Sequence record: DRR723986_6593 | Strand: one strand, 5' to 3' | DNA: 41,951 nucleotides | Shown: in pieces, positions 9,352 through 18,521 of the stretch | Layout: each line of letters begins with the position of its first letter | Position numbering within the stretch: position 1 is the stretch's first letter | Notes under the pieces: model-generated | Told to the model about the DNA's origin: nothing | The model's database searches: none | What the model saw: only the letters and a program-made list of their open reading frames with translations | Position numbers and translations under genes: made by a program

Positions 9352-10403
9352 GCCTTTTGAATAGAGTAGGCCACTGTTTTTACTCGTTTTCCTGCCTCGT
9401 TTTCCAACAATAATCGCTGAGTTTCTTCTTTTTTAAATAGTTGTTCTAAATCATTTATAACCGCAACGGGGATATTGCGTTGAATCAAATCACGTTCGAT
9501 TTCTTGCGCGATTTTATCTTTAATGACTGCTGCAAGACTTTGTTCAATCTCCTTTCTGTTTTTCACCCTTGACTGATTCGTTGGAAATTTTTGATGGATA
9601 TCGAGATTAAAATAGATAGAAAGTTTTTCGAATTGTTTATCGCTTCCAATAGCTAAGGTTAATTGGCGATTGTCTTTGGTGCGGAACAATTCGCCATAAG
9701 GAGCAATATTAGGATGTTTGCTTCCCATTCTTTGAGGAACATGTCCAGCAATGAGATAGTTGGTTGCCTGATTCGCTAAACTTGCCACTGCAGCATCAAA
9801 AAGTGAAACGTGGACATGATAAGCACCCGGACTCTCTTTTTGCTCTAACAATGCTTCCAATAAGCCTTCTTTCATTTGATGAGCGGCGAAAAGATCTATA
9901 AACGCTACTGGCATTTTAACCGGGCCAGAATCAGGTGTTCCATTCATAGACATAAATCCTGCATCTGCTTGCAAGATAAGGTCAAACGCCACCCGATCTG
10001 AGTCAAATCCATATCCAGAGATTTCACCCAGAATAATTGAAGGTGATTGTTGGCTTAATGATGTAAAATCTAAACCAAATTTTTTAGCATCTCCTTTCTT
10101 GAAATTAGTTAAAACAATATCTGCATCTGCGATTAATTCGTTTAAGCTTGAAAGATCAGATGGGTCATTAAAATCCAGAAAAACATGATTTTTCCCCCAA
10201 TTCACCGAATTAAAATAGGCAGAGTCTTTTTTTTCTTTTAATTCTGATGGCAATTTCCATGATCTTGTAACATCTCCTCTGGAGATTTTATTTTCAATTT
10301 TTGTCACGGTTGCTCCCCTCTCTGCAAAATACATTCCTACTGCAGGACCCGCTAATACACTGGCCACTTCAACAACTTTCAATTTTGATAAAACAGAATT
10401 CAT
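9348..10403 (-). CDS. CaiB/BaiF family III CoA transferase
   Basis: LKVVEVASVLAGP, GATVTKIE, YFNSVNWGK, ADIVLTNF, AFDLILQA.AGFMSMNG, the FIDL catalytic Asp region and HPNIAPY. Confidence 0.93.
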   Translation of the reverse strand: MNSVLSKLKVVEVASVLAGPAVGMYFAERGATVTKIENKISRGDVTRSWKLPSELKEKKDSAYFNSVNWGKNHVFLDFNDPSDLSSLNELIADADIVLTNFKKGDAKKFGLDFTSLSQQSPSIILGEISGYGFDSDRVAFDLILQADAGFMSMNGTPDSGPVKMPVAFIDLFAAHQMKEGLLEALLEQKESPGAYHVHVSLFDAAVASLANQATNYLIAGHVPQRMGSKHPNIAPYGELFRTKDNRQLTLAIGSDKQFEKLSIYFNLDIHQKFPTNQSRVKNRKEIEQSLAAVIKDKIAQEIERDLIQRNIPVAVINDLEQLFKKEETQRLLLENEAGKRVKTVAYSIQKA

Positions 10404-10524
10404 AGTCGTAAAAGTAGTTGATAATATGAGAATTATCTCAAACCAATTATTCAGTTTTACTAAACAGATTCTAATGATTAGCCATATAAAACCATTTAGA
10501 AGTCAAATTGGTTTTATTAATTCT

Positions 10525-10532
10525 TATTTTTG
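10525..10532 (+). promoter_or_regulatory. Primary-sigma -7 element
   Basis: TATTTTTG 22 nt upstream of ATG 10555; it supports that start over 10426. Confidence 0.6.
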
Positions 10533-10554
10533 TATTAAACCTCAACAACAGATA

Positions 10555-11979
10555 ATGTCTGAAAAAAGGAGATTAACTACAGAAGAAAAAGCACTTAAAG
10601 TAAATTTGACCCCTGATATTTACGGGTCATTTGCAGAAATTGGAGCAGGGCAAGAAGTGGCAGCTAATTTTTTTAAAGCTGGGGGGTCTTCCGGAACCAT
10701 AGCCTATACCCATTCTGCTTACGATATGAAAGTGAGTGACAGCTTTTATGGAGAATGTTCGCGTTATGTTTGTGAAGATCGTTTAATGCAAATGTTGGAT
10801 AAAGAATATTCAACCTTAGAAGAAACAATTGGAGATAAGCAAAAAGACGCACGTTTTTTTGCATTCGCAAATACTGTAGAATCACTTAATTACCATAAAA
10901 CAAATCAAGGTCAAGGTTGGATTGGTTTGAAAATGCAATTGGAGGTAGGTCATGACCCCAACGAAGTTGTTTTTCACGTTAAAATGCATGATACTAGTCA
11001 TAAAAGACAGCAAGAGGCGTTGGGGATATTAGGAGTGAACTTGATTCATGCAGCATATTTCGAACGTGAAAATATTGATTTGTTTCTTGAAGCTTTGACT
11101 TATCGTTTACCGAGGGAAAGAGTTGAAATAGATATGCTGAGGGTATCGGGTCCTAATTTCGAGCATGTAGATAATAGAATTATTGCGCTTAATTTGGTTA
11201 AAAACGGATTGACAGATGCGACAATATTTGATCAAACAGGAGCCGTCTTGCAAGCAAGTAGCGCTTTATACAAAAAGAATGTTTTATTGATGCGAGGTAG
11301 GTTCAGACCTATGACTAAAGTGCATGTTGATGTGATTCAAGAGGGAACAAAGTTGTACCTTCAAGAAGAAGATGTAGAGGCAGAGAACGTATCAGTTGTG
11401 CTAGAGTTGACTTTAAAGGACCTAACCGCTGATGGTAAAATATCAGATAAAGATTTCATTGATCGAGCAGAATTATTGTGCTCAATGGGATACACTGTAA
11501 TGATCTCTAATTATTTGAAACACTATAAGATGATTGAATACTTGTCATCATTTACCAGAGGTAAGAAAATTGGTGTTTTGTTAGGGATCTATAATTTGCA
11601 AACCATTTTTGACGAGAAGTACTACAATACCTTAAATGGAGGATTGTTAGAAGCTTTCGGTAGAGGATTTGGTCACAATATCAAAATGTTTGTTTATCCG
11701 GCATTGCAAGCAGACTCTGATGAATTATATAACGTTAGCAATTTTGAGATCCCAGATCATTTGAAAGGATTGTTAGATTATATGCTCAAAACAAATAAGG
11801 TAGTAGATATTGAAACTTACGATAGGGACTTGCTACATATCTTATCTGACCATGTATTATCCAATATTCAGCAAGGTAAAAAATGGGAAGATGATGTGCC
11901 TGAAAGTGTGATGAAGGCAATTAAATTCTACAAATTGTTTGGATATCAAGAAGAGACCGTAAAAGAGCTGGCTGATTAA
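10555..11979 (+). CDS. Conserved cytoplasmic protein: PncC/CinA-like N-terminal domain + HxGH-type nucleotidyltransferase-like domain (putative nicotinate/nicotinamide nucleotide adenylyltransferase-like)
   Basis: Start moved to MSEKRR (10555). N-terminal AEIGAGQEVA...GGSS...Y pattern; C-terminal RGRFRPMTKVH resembles GxFxPxHxGH; the end ILSDHVLSNIQQGKKWEDDVPESVMKAIK resembles the NadD C-terminus. No signal peptide. Confidence 0.7.
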   Translation: MSEKRRLTTEEKALKVNLTPDIYGSFAEIGAGQEVAANFFKAGGSSGTIAYTHSAYDMKVSDSFYGECSRYVCEDRLMQMLDKEYSTLEETIGDKQKDARFFAFANTVESLNYHKTNQGQGWIGLKMQLEVGHDPNEVVFHVKMHDTSHKRQQEALGILGVNLIHAAYFERENIDLFLEALTYRLPRERVEIDMLRVSGPNFEHVDNRIIALNLVKNGLTDATIFDQTGAVLQASSALYKKNVLLMRGRFRPMTKVHVDVIQEGTKLYLQEEDVEAENVSVVLELTLKDLTADGKISDKDFIDRAELLCSMGYTVMISNYLKHYKMIEYLSSFTRGKKIGVLLGIYNLQTIFDEKYYNTLNGGLLEAFGRGFGHNIKMFVYPALQADSDELYNVSNFEIPDHLKGLLDYMLKTNKVVDIETYDRDLLHILSDHVLSNIQQGKKWEDDVPESVMKAIKFYKLFGYQEETVKELAD

Positions 11980-12587
11980 TGATACGTTGTAATTAACTCG
12001 CCCATTTCATACTTTTCTGTATACATCTTTGAACCATCCTTTTTGTAATAGGTAGTTCTGCCATCTAAAAGTCCATTCTTATAATTTACTTCCATGTAAA
12101 TATTTGATGAGTCTGGGTAAAACTTTTGACATGTTCCAGTATAAGGAATATCATCTAAAACATATCTGGTTTTGCCATCTGCCGAAAGGCTGTTATTTTT
12201 TATTAATTCAGAGCAATCACAAGTTAATGGCATTACATCACCAGAACGCTTCTTTTTACCTTTATCATAGATTTCTTCAACCAAAAGTTTTCCGTTTTTA
12301 TCGTAGAAACTACTTTTTCCATGAAGAAGGCCACTGAGAATACTTTTCTCCATGTATTTACTTTCAGTTCCTGGATAATTCTCTATGCAAATACCAGTAT
12401 ATAAAGCATCTTTTAAATAATGCGTTCCGTTTGAATCTATGTCCAAATCCTGACAAAAACAAGTATCCGAAAATTCACCTTGTTTCAATGAGCCTTCATT
12501 ATTGGTGATGTTTTTTTTATCACCTGAGTTGCCTTCAGAGCAACTAAACAGCGTGAAAATGAAAAGTACGGGAATTATTATTTTCAT
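11976..12587 (-). CDS. Lipoprotein with two MORN-variant (YwqK-like) repeat units
   Basis: Lipobox LFSC (Cys16); two units of CxC...YTGxC..xYP....YME....GLLxG...Y.K.G....E.Y..G. Confidence 0.75.
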   Translation of the reverse strand: MKIIIPVLFIFTLFSCSEGNSGDKKNITNNEGSLKQGEFSDTCFCQDLDIDSNGTHYLKDALYTGICIENYPGTESKYMEKSILSGLLHGKSSFYDKNGKLLVEEIYDKGKKKRSGDVMPLTCDCSELIKNNSLSADGKTRYVLDDIPYTGTCQKFYPDSSNIYMEVNYKNGLLDGRTTYYKKDGSKMYTEKYEMGELITTYH

Positions 12588-13078
12588 GAATTCAAGACAT
12601 TAATAATTCGTAAAAATCGTTTTTCGTACCCGCTAGCATTGTAGCGTGTTATCGTTACTCCGAAATGTTTTTTAGAAGAAGAACTGTGAATGAAATCAAT
12701 AATTCCATCCTTGTTTTGAAGTACTATACCAGCATGTCCTACTTTTCGAATTTCTGGTTTTGTCCCAGTGAATAACATGATGTCCCCAGCAAGGGCACTT
12801 TCAAAATCTCTCTTTTCACCGACATTTTCGTATCCCGAACTTGCTCGGGAGACTTTGATGCCAAATTTTTTAAACACAAAATAAACGAATCCTGTACAGT
12901 CAAATCCTGAGGTGGTTGCTCCACCCCATTTATAAGGAATTCCAATAAACTCCTGCGCATAATCTACTATGCTGTCCCTTAATATTAATTCGGGTTCAAT
13001 AATTGAATCTACTTCCGTTTTTGCAGAAAATCCAATTAATGAAAAAAACAAGAGTGATATGCAGATAAGTGCTTTCAT
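12584..13078 (-). CDS. NlpC/P60 (C40) cell-wall peptidase, exported
   Basis: Start moved to MKALIC (13078), which gives a signal peptide; GIPYKWGG, GFDCTG (catalytic Cys), GDIMLF, VGHAGI and FIHS. Confidence 0.92.
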   Translation of the reverse strand: MKALICISLLFFSLIGFSAKTEVDSIIEPELILRDSIVDYAQEFIGIPYKWGGATTSGFDCTGFVYFVFKKFGIKVSRASSGYENVGEKRDFESALAGDIMLFTGTKPEIRKVGHAGIVLQNKDGIIDFIHSSSSKKHFGVTITRYNASGYEKRFLRIINVLNS

Positions 13079-13086
13079 GCTGATGA

Positions 13087-13112
13087 CAAAATTAATATGT
13101 TTTATAACTTTA
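13087..13112. promoter_or_regulatory. Back-to-back divergent promoters in a 51-bp intergenic gap
   Basis: Minus-strand TAATTTTG (13087-13094) for NlpC/P60; plus-strand TAACTTTA (13105-13112) for the WYL gene. Confidence 0.55.
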
Positions 13113-13129
13113 AAAAAATAAAAAATTAC

Positions 13130-14140
13130 ATGTCTAAAATTAAAAATGCACAATTACGCTACCGAGTAATAGATAGGTCTTTACGAAATCCGTATAAGCC
13201 ATATCCAACAAAGGAAGATTTAAGACAGGCCTGTGAAGAAGCAATTTTTGGTAGTAGCATAGGAACCGATATTTGCGATTCAACAATTGAGAAAGATATG
13301 TTCGCAATGCGAATGGAATTTGATGCTCCAATTAAATATAGTAAACGAGAGAAGGGATATTATTACGAAGATGAGGATTATAGCATAGATAAAATCCCTT
13401 TATCAGAAGATGATATTGAAGCTATAAAATTTGCCACCAATACCCTAATGCAATTTAGGGATGTAAGTATTTTTAAGCAGTTTGGATTCGCTATTGATAA
13501 GATTTTTGATCGTGTTCATATTGCGAATAATCCAACAGATGATTCGGTTGATAATTATGTTCAATTTGAGTCAATTCCTGATACATCTGGATCTGAGATG
13601 TTACCTGATTTATTGAAGGCCATTAAAGACAAATTAATTGTTGAGTTCGCTTATACCAACTTTAATAACGGTAAGATTAAGGATCGCCGAGTTCTACCAT
13701 TGTTGTTGAAGGAATATAGTAATCGTTGGTATTTAATATCATTCAATCCTTCTAAATCTAAAATCATGACTTTTGGTTTAGACCGAATGGATAAATTAGT
13801 AATTACCGAAGATCATTTTCTCGATAAATTCGATTTTAACGCAGACAATTATTTTAAGCATTCTATTGGAATCACGGCTAATGATAGTCAACCTGAAGAA
13901 GTTGTGTTTAAAGTTGAAAAGATCGGTTCTAAATACCTAAAATCACAGCCTTTGCATAAAAGTCAAAAGGTGATTAAAGAAGGAAACAATAGGGATACAT
14001 TTAGTTTGAATGTCCTGATTTCTGAAGAGCTAAAAAGAATTATATTGTCCTACGGTTCTCAAATAGAAGTACTTAAGCCAGAAAAGTTGAGAACCGAAAT
14101 TCAAGTAAGAATTTCAGAAATGGTTGAAAACTATGGATAA
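13130..14140 (+). CDS. WYL-domain transcriptional regulator (wHTH-WYL-WCX)
   Basis: Start moved to MSKIKN (13130); N-terminal LRYRVIDRSL...TIEKDMFAMR HTH; PLLLKEYSNRWYL, TFGLDRM; WCX ILSYGSQIEVLKPEKLR. Confidence 0.92.
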   Translation: MSKIKNAQLRYRVIDRSLRNPYKPYPTKEDLRQACEEAIFGSSIGTDICDSTIEKDMFAMRMEFDAPIKYSKREKGYYYEDEDYSIDKIPLSEDDIEAIKFATNTLMQFRDVSIFKQFGFAIDKIFDRVHIANNPTDDSVDNYVQFESIPDTSGSEMLPDLLKAIKDKLIVEFAYTNFNNGKIKDRRVLPLLLKEYSNRWYLISFNPSKSKIMTFGLDRMDKLVITEDHFLDKFDFNADNYFKHSIGITANDSQPEEVVFKVEKIGSKYLKSQPLHKSQKVIKEGNNRDTFSLNVLISEELKRIILSYGSQIEVLKPEKLRTEIQVRISEMVENYG

Positions 14141-14199
14141 ATCTTTATGGTTTAAATCGATTAAATAAGTAAATTTAGATTCTCAAATTAAATTAAAAC

Positions 14200-16374
14200 A
14201 TGAAAAAAATATTACTATCTGCCTTAACGGTATGCTTCATGATGGGCGCACAAGCTCAAATAAGTGAAGGAGGCTTGCCAACAAGCTTTATGAAACACGA
14301 AAGTGTTAAATCAGGCTTGTTTGTTGAGCGTTATGAAATAAAAGAAGTGCCAAAACCAGATGTGGCTGCTGCTCAAATCGAAGATGCACAAGATAATTCT
14401 AAGCAAACGTACAGAGTTGGATTAAACACATTTGTAGATTTCAACATATTGAATTCAGGAACTTGGCTGAGTCTAGATAATGGAGATAAAATTTGGAGAT
14501 TAGGCATTAAAAGTGAAGGAGCTAAAGGGATAGCACTTTATTTTGCTTCTCCAGTAAGTATACCTGAAGGTGGTAAATTACATGCGTATAACGAAAGAAA
14601 ATCGCAATATATTGGTGCGTATACGTCTAACACTCCAGGATTTCAATCTATGGAAGTTGTTCAGGGAGAAGTGGTAACTCTTGAGTATTATATGCCAGCA
14701 GGATCAACAGAACTTCCAACTATTGAGATTTCAGAAATAGCTCATATTTATAGAGGTTTTGAAAGTAGGTTAGGGGTATTTGAAACAGGTAATGTTCAGG
14801 ATCAGAACAGAGCAGATGCTTGTCAAGTTGATGTAGCCTGTTCTGAAATTAACGGATGGGAAGATCAAAGAGATGCAGTTGTTCATTATTCATTCGTTTC
14901 AGGAGGTACTTATGTATGTACGGGTTCTGTGATGAATAATACTGATGAGGACTGTAAGCCATATATTCTATCAGCGAACCATTGTGGTGAGCCAACGAGT
15001 AGTTCAAATATTACTCAACATACTTGGTATTTTAACTACCAAAGACCAACTTGTTCTCCAGGGAATACGACACCATACAATGGTTCTTTATCACAGACCA
15101 TGTCGGGAGGAACTTTCAGGGCATCTTCTTCTTTAGGAAATGAGCCGGCTTCAAACGGATCTCAAGTTGATGGTTCTGATTTTGTTCTGGTTGAATTAAA
15201 TTCAGCTATTCCAGCATCTTATAATCCGCATTATGCAGGATGGAATAGAAGTGCTAGTGCTTCAGGGTCTGGTGTAAGTATTCACCACCCAGCTGGTCAT
15301 GAAAAGAAAGTTTCGACTTATACTTCTGCATTGCAAAGTTCAACTTATAATGGAGGCTGGTCAGGAGCACATTGGTATGTAGTATGGGCTGCAACAACTA
15401 ATGGTCATGGAGTTACTGAAGGGGGATCATCTGGATCACCAATTTTCAATGCGAATGGTCAGGTAGTCGGACACCTTTCTGGTGGATCATCATACTGTAC
15501 TGCGACAAGCAGTCCTGATTTATATGGTAAGTTCAGAAATGCTTGGGATTTAGAAGGCTCGAATGCTAATCAACAATTAAAAGCGTGGTTAGATCCAGCA
15601 AATACAGGAGCAACCTCAATGAACGGTTCTGATAATCCTTGTGCCGGTGGTGGAGGAGGTTCAGGTCCTTGTGCTGCAACTTCTACAAGCTGTGATGAGT
15701 TCATTTCTAATGTTACATTAGGATCAATAAATAATACAACCACGTGTACAAATTATGCTGACTATACTAGTCAATCTAACAGCATGGCGTTAGGTGCAAG
15801 TGCAACCATGACAATCTCTACTGAGAATGCTGGAGGTAATGCAGGGTATACTGATGATCAAGTTGCAGTTTGGGTGGATTGGAATAATGATGATGATTTT
15901 ACAGACGCAGGAGAGGAAGTTTATTTAGAGACTTTTTCAACATCAACAACATTCCCATTATCTTTTACTTTGACGGTGCCTTTAACAGCTACTGTTGGAG
16001 ATCATGTAATGCGAGTTAGAATGGTGTATCAACCAGATGATGGTAACATCACACCTTGTGGAACTTCTCAATGGGGTGAGGTTGAAGACTATAAATTAAC
16101 GGTGACTGCTGCACCTACTGCGGTTGAAGAGAATGAAACTGATCAGCTATCAATTTATCCTAATCCAACGAATGGGGAGATTGTAGTTAGCATGTCTAAT
16201 TTTACAAATTTTCAAACGGTGGAAATTACAGATTTAACAGGTAGAATTATCGCTGTTCAAAACGCAAACTCAGCAATCATGTTGTTTGATTTAACTGATC
16301 AACCTGCTGGAGTTTACTTGGTTAACTTTAAAGGAGAGACTTCTATCGCTACAAAAAGAGTAGTGAAGTTTTAA
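14200..16374 (+). CDS. T9SS-secreted lysyl endopeptidase-like S1 serine protease with GEVED domain and type A CTD
   Basis: Signal peptide AQA/Q and propeptide; triad LSANHC, SDFVLVEL and TEGGSSGSP; IHHPAG; PDLYG (Asp at the position expected for Lys specificity); WVDWNNDDDFTDAGE...GEVEDY; IYPNPTNG CTD. Confidence 0.9.
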   Translation: MKKILLSALTVCFMMGAQAQISEGGLPTSFMKHESVKSGLFVERYEIKEVPKPDVAAAQIEDAQDNSKQTYRVGLNTFVDFNILNSGTWLSLDNGDKIWRLGIKSEGAKGIALYFASPVSIPEGGKLHAYNERKSQYIGAYTSNTPGFQSMEVVQGEVVTLEYYMPAGSTELPTIEISEIAHIYRGFESRLGVFETGNVQDQNRADACQVDVACSEINGWEDQRDAVVHYSFVSGGTYVCTGSVMNNTDEDCKPYILSANHCGEPTSSSNITQHTWYFNYQRPTCSPGNTTPYNGSLSQTMSGGTFRASSSLGNEPASNGSQVDGSDFVLVELNSAIPASYNPHYAGWNRSASASGSGVSIHHPAGHEKKVSTYTSALQSSTYNGGWSGAHWYVVWAATTNGHGVTEGGSSGSPIFNANGQVVGHLSGGSSYCTATSSPDLYGKFRNAWDLEGSNANQQLKAWLDPANTGATSMNGSDNPCAGGGGGSGPCAATSTSCDEFISNVTLGSINNTTTCTNYADYTSQSNSMALGASATMTISTENAGGNAGYTDDQVAVWVDWNNDDDFTDAGEEVYLETFSTSTTFPLSFTLTVPLTATVGDHVMRVRMVYQPDDGNITPCGTSQWGEVEDYKLTVTAAPTAVEENETDQLSIYPNPTNGEIVVSMSNFTNFQTVEITDLTGRIIAVQNANSAIMLFDLTDQPAGVYLVNFKGETSIATKRVVKF

Positions 16375-16395
16375 CACATTCAATAATTAAATTAA

Positions 16396-16436
16396 GACAT
16401 CCCTTTTTCTCACTGAGAATTAGGGATGTTTTTTTT
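16396..16436 (+). terminator. Intrinsic terminator
   Basis: GACATCCCT..TTCTCA-C-TGAGAA..AGGGATGTT followed by a T tract. Confidence 0.8.
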
Positions 16437-16467
16437 GATGTTTAGTACTTCAATCTATTTCTTTTAC

Positions 16468-16475
16468 TATTTTTG
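16468..16475 (+). promoter_or_regulatory. Primary-sigma -7 element for SRP RNA
   Basis: TATTTTTG ending 4 nt before the 5' stem GGGTAAG. Confidence 0.65.
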
Positions 16476-16479
16476 TGGC

Positions 16480-16577
16480 GGGTAAGTCCTGTACGACCAG
16501 CTCCTGTTTAATCCCCCAGGGTGGGAACACAGCAAGGGTAGACGGTTGTAGCGGTGCGATACAGGTAGCTTACCCAC
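16480..16577 (+). ncRNA. ffs: Signal recognition particle RNA (4.5S, small bacterial type)
   Basis: ~98-nt rod closed by GGGTAAG/CTTACCC; apical CAGG-GTG-GGAA-CAC-AGCA (GNRA tetraloop and the conserved CAGG/AGCA symmetric loop); upstream promoter and downstream T tract. Confidence 0.9.
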
Positions 16578-16651
16578 TTTTTTCCCTTTTTTTCGTTCAA
16601 ATATTTTCCATTCTGTTGATAACATTTTATCAGCTTCAGCCATTCTGAGTG

Positions 16652-16659
16652 TATATTTG
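16652..16659 (+). promoter_or_regulatory. Primary-sigma -7 element for transaldolase
   Basis: TATATTTG 18 nt upstream of ATG 16678. Confidence 0.6.
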
Positions 16660-16677
16660 TATTCAAATAATTGAACT

Positions 16678-17334
16678 ATGAAATTTTTTATCGATACAGC
16701 TAATCTTGACGAAATCAGAGAAGCAAATGACCTTGGGATTCTTGATGGCGTAACTACTAATCCTTCGCTAATGGCAAAAGAAGGAATTACAGGCAAAGAG
16801 AACATTTTAAAACACTATGTTGACATCTGTAATATTGTTGATGGAGATGTTAGTGCTGAGGTAATTTCAACAGATTTTGCTGGCATGATAAAAGAAGGAG
16901 AAGCCTTGGCCGATTTACATGATAATATCGTAGTAAAAATTCCAATGATTAAAGACGGAATCAAGGCAATTAAGTACTTCACTGACAAAGGCATTAAAAC
17001 GAATTGTACATTAGTGTTCAGCCCTGGTCAAGCCTTATTGGCAGCAAAAGCAGGAGCAACTTATTTATCTCCATTTGTTGGTCGATTAGACGATATTTCT
17101 TCTGATGGATTGTCATTGATTGCTGAGATCAGAGATATCTACGATAACTACATGTTCGAAACTCAAATATTGGCGGCATCAGTAAGACATACTATGCACG
17201 TGATTGATTGTGCAAAAATCGGTGCAGACGTAATGACGGGGCCTTTAAGTTCAATTACTGGTTTATTAAAACATCCATTAACCGATATCGGATTAGAAAA
17301 ATTCTTGGCAGATTACGCTAAAGGAAATAGCTAA
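16678..17334 (+). CDS. tal: Transaldolase, small TalC/FSA family
   Basis: [20 protein letters not shown] (Schiff-base Lys) and NCTLVFS. SAEV (Glu) and SPFVGR (Phe) are the transaldolase residues, not the FSA residues (Gln/Tyr). Confidence 0.9.
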   Translation: MKFFIDTANLDEIREANDLGILDGVTTNPSLMAKEGITGKENILKHYVDICNIVDGDVSAEVISTDFAGMIKEGEALADLHDNIVVKIPMIKDGIKAIKYFTDKGIKTNCTLVFSPGQALLAAKAGATYLSPFVGRLDDISSDGLSLIAEIRDIYDNYMFETQILAASVRHTMHVIDCAKIGADVMTGPLSSITGLLKHPLTDIGLEKFLADYAKGNS

Positions 17335-17353
17335 TTCAACGTAAAATAAAATT

Positions 17354-17391
17354 AGAAGCCTCTTGTGAATCAGTTTGCAAGAGGCTTTTTT
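17354..17391. terminator. Intrinsic terminator between convergent genes (probably bidirectional)
   Basis: AAGCCTCTTGTGAA-TCAG-TTTGCAAGAGGCTT followed by TTTT, with an A-rich 5' side. Confidence 0.85.
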
Positions 17392-17403
17392 ATCACATTG
17401 AAA

Positions 17404-18486
17404 TTAAATCAACCCTAAACAAATTTTCAATCTGATGATTTTGCGAACTGTCGCATAGATTTGCTGTTTGAATTGAGCATCTTTTTCAAGCTCAGCAACA
17501 ATATCAAACAATGCCTTTTCTTCGTTAATGGGCATCAGAATTAAATCGCAACCTGCTTTTGCCGCTTTTAATTCACAGTTTGGAATAGATGCAACCCCGC
17601 CCATGTTCATAGCATCAGTCACCACCAATCCTTTAAAATCCATTTCATTTTTCAATAGATCAGTGACAATTTTACGTGAAACGGAGGAAGGCATATCGTT
17701 GGTGTTGTACTCAGGATTGTTTTTAATAGCGATATGAGCGATCATAATTGATAAAACGCCTGCTTCTATCAGAGGATCGTAATTATGAACCTCACGCATG
17801 TCTCCGTCTATATAAACTAATTTTTTATGCGTATCTCCCACAACATAGCCATGACCCGGAAAGTGTTTTGCCGTAGCAACAATTCCCTCTTTCTGAGTTT
17901 CTTCAATAAAAATGCGAGACCAAATTTGAGCGGTATCAGAATTGTCTCCAAATGCACGATACGAAATAGCCTCGTTTGGTGACATGTCAACTACAGGAGC
18001 ATAATTGTAATTGATTCCGATATCATTTAAATCATTGCAGATGGATAAAGCAAATTTTCTTACTTCCTCGCGACTCACCATCAAATTCGCTTTCTTAACA
18101 GGGGTACAGTTTTTTATTTTATATCCTATTAAACTAGGCTCAGCGTCTGCTGAATACAGCATAGGTAAGCCGCCGTTTGCTTCGTTCAAAGCGTTAAAGT
18201 CATTGACCATTTTGGTAAACCCCTCTTTTGTGCCATTGAGTAAGAGAATTCCGCCTATGTAGTTTTTCTCTAATAATCCATTCAAGTGCTCTTGTGATTT
18301 TCCGTGACCTCCAGCAGCAGGAATAATCATCTGACCGACTCTGCTCGTGTCGTTCAATTGATCAAATACACTGTCAATTTTTTGTTCTAGAGCAGCATCA
18401 TATTTAAAGAAATCAGATAAATCATATTCCTGTGTAAATCCTAGAGTACTAGCTAAAGTTGTTAAATAGAGTAGGAGTGTCTTCAT
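17404..18486 (-). CDS. GH3 beta-N-acetylhexosaminidase (NagZ-like, single catalytic domain, exported)
   Basis: Signal peptide; KHFPGHGYVVGDTH (NagZ-type KHFPGHGxxxxDSH), NYAPVVD, RAFG and VTDAMNM; no C-terminal GH3 domain. Confidence 0.88.
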   Translation of the reverse strand: MKTLLLYLTTLASTLGFTQEYDLSDFFKYDAALEQKIDSVFDQLNDTSRVGQMIIPAAGGHGKSQEHLNGLLEKNYIGGILLLNGTKEGFTKMVNDFNALNEANGGLPMLYSADAEPSLIGYKIKNCTPVKKANLMVSREEVRKFALSICNDLNDIGINYNYAPVVDMSPNEAISYRAFGDNSDTAQIWSRIFIEETQKEGIVATAKHFPGHGYVVGDTHKKLVYIDGDMREVHNYDPLIEAGVLSIMIAHIAIKNNPEYNTNDMPSSVSRKIVTDLLKNEMDFKGLVVTDAMNMGGVASIPNCELKAAKAGCDLILMPINEEKALFDIVAELEKDAQFKQQIYATVRKIIRLKICLGLI

Positions 18487-18491
18487 ATGGT

Positions 18492-18521
18492 AAAAAAAAA
18501 GGTCACGTTGTAGCGTGACCT
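18492..18521 (-). terminator. Intrinsic terminator after the PorE-like gene, directly before the GH3 start
   Basis: Minus strand reads AGGTCACG-CTACAA-CGTGACCT followed by T8. Confidence 0.8.

Noticed and set aside
10426-10554. Longer N-terminus for the 517-aa ORF
   Set aside because: A -7 promoter lies inside it (10525-10532) and the protein-like sequence begins at ATG 10555.
10555-11979. TonB-dependent receptor label that I recall being applied to this family
   Set aside because: There is no signal peptide, beta-barrel pattern or terminal aromatic strand; the sequence looks like a soluble alpha/beta enzyme.
13079-13153. Apparent head-to-head overlap of the NlpC/P60 and WYL ORFs
   Set aside because: It disappears with starts 13078 (which restores a signal peptide) and 13130.
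16467-16805. 112-aa minus-strand ORF
   Set aside because: It is antisense to the SRP RNA and transaldolase and has no recognisable motifs.
16678-17334. Fructose-6-phosphate aldolase (fsa) call
   Set aside because: The diagnostic residues are Glu (SAEV) and Phe (SPF), as in transaldolases.
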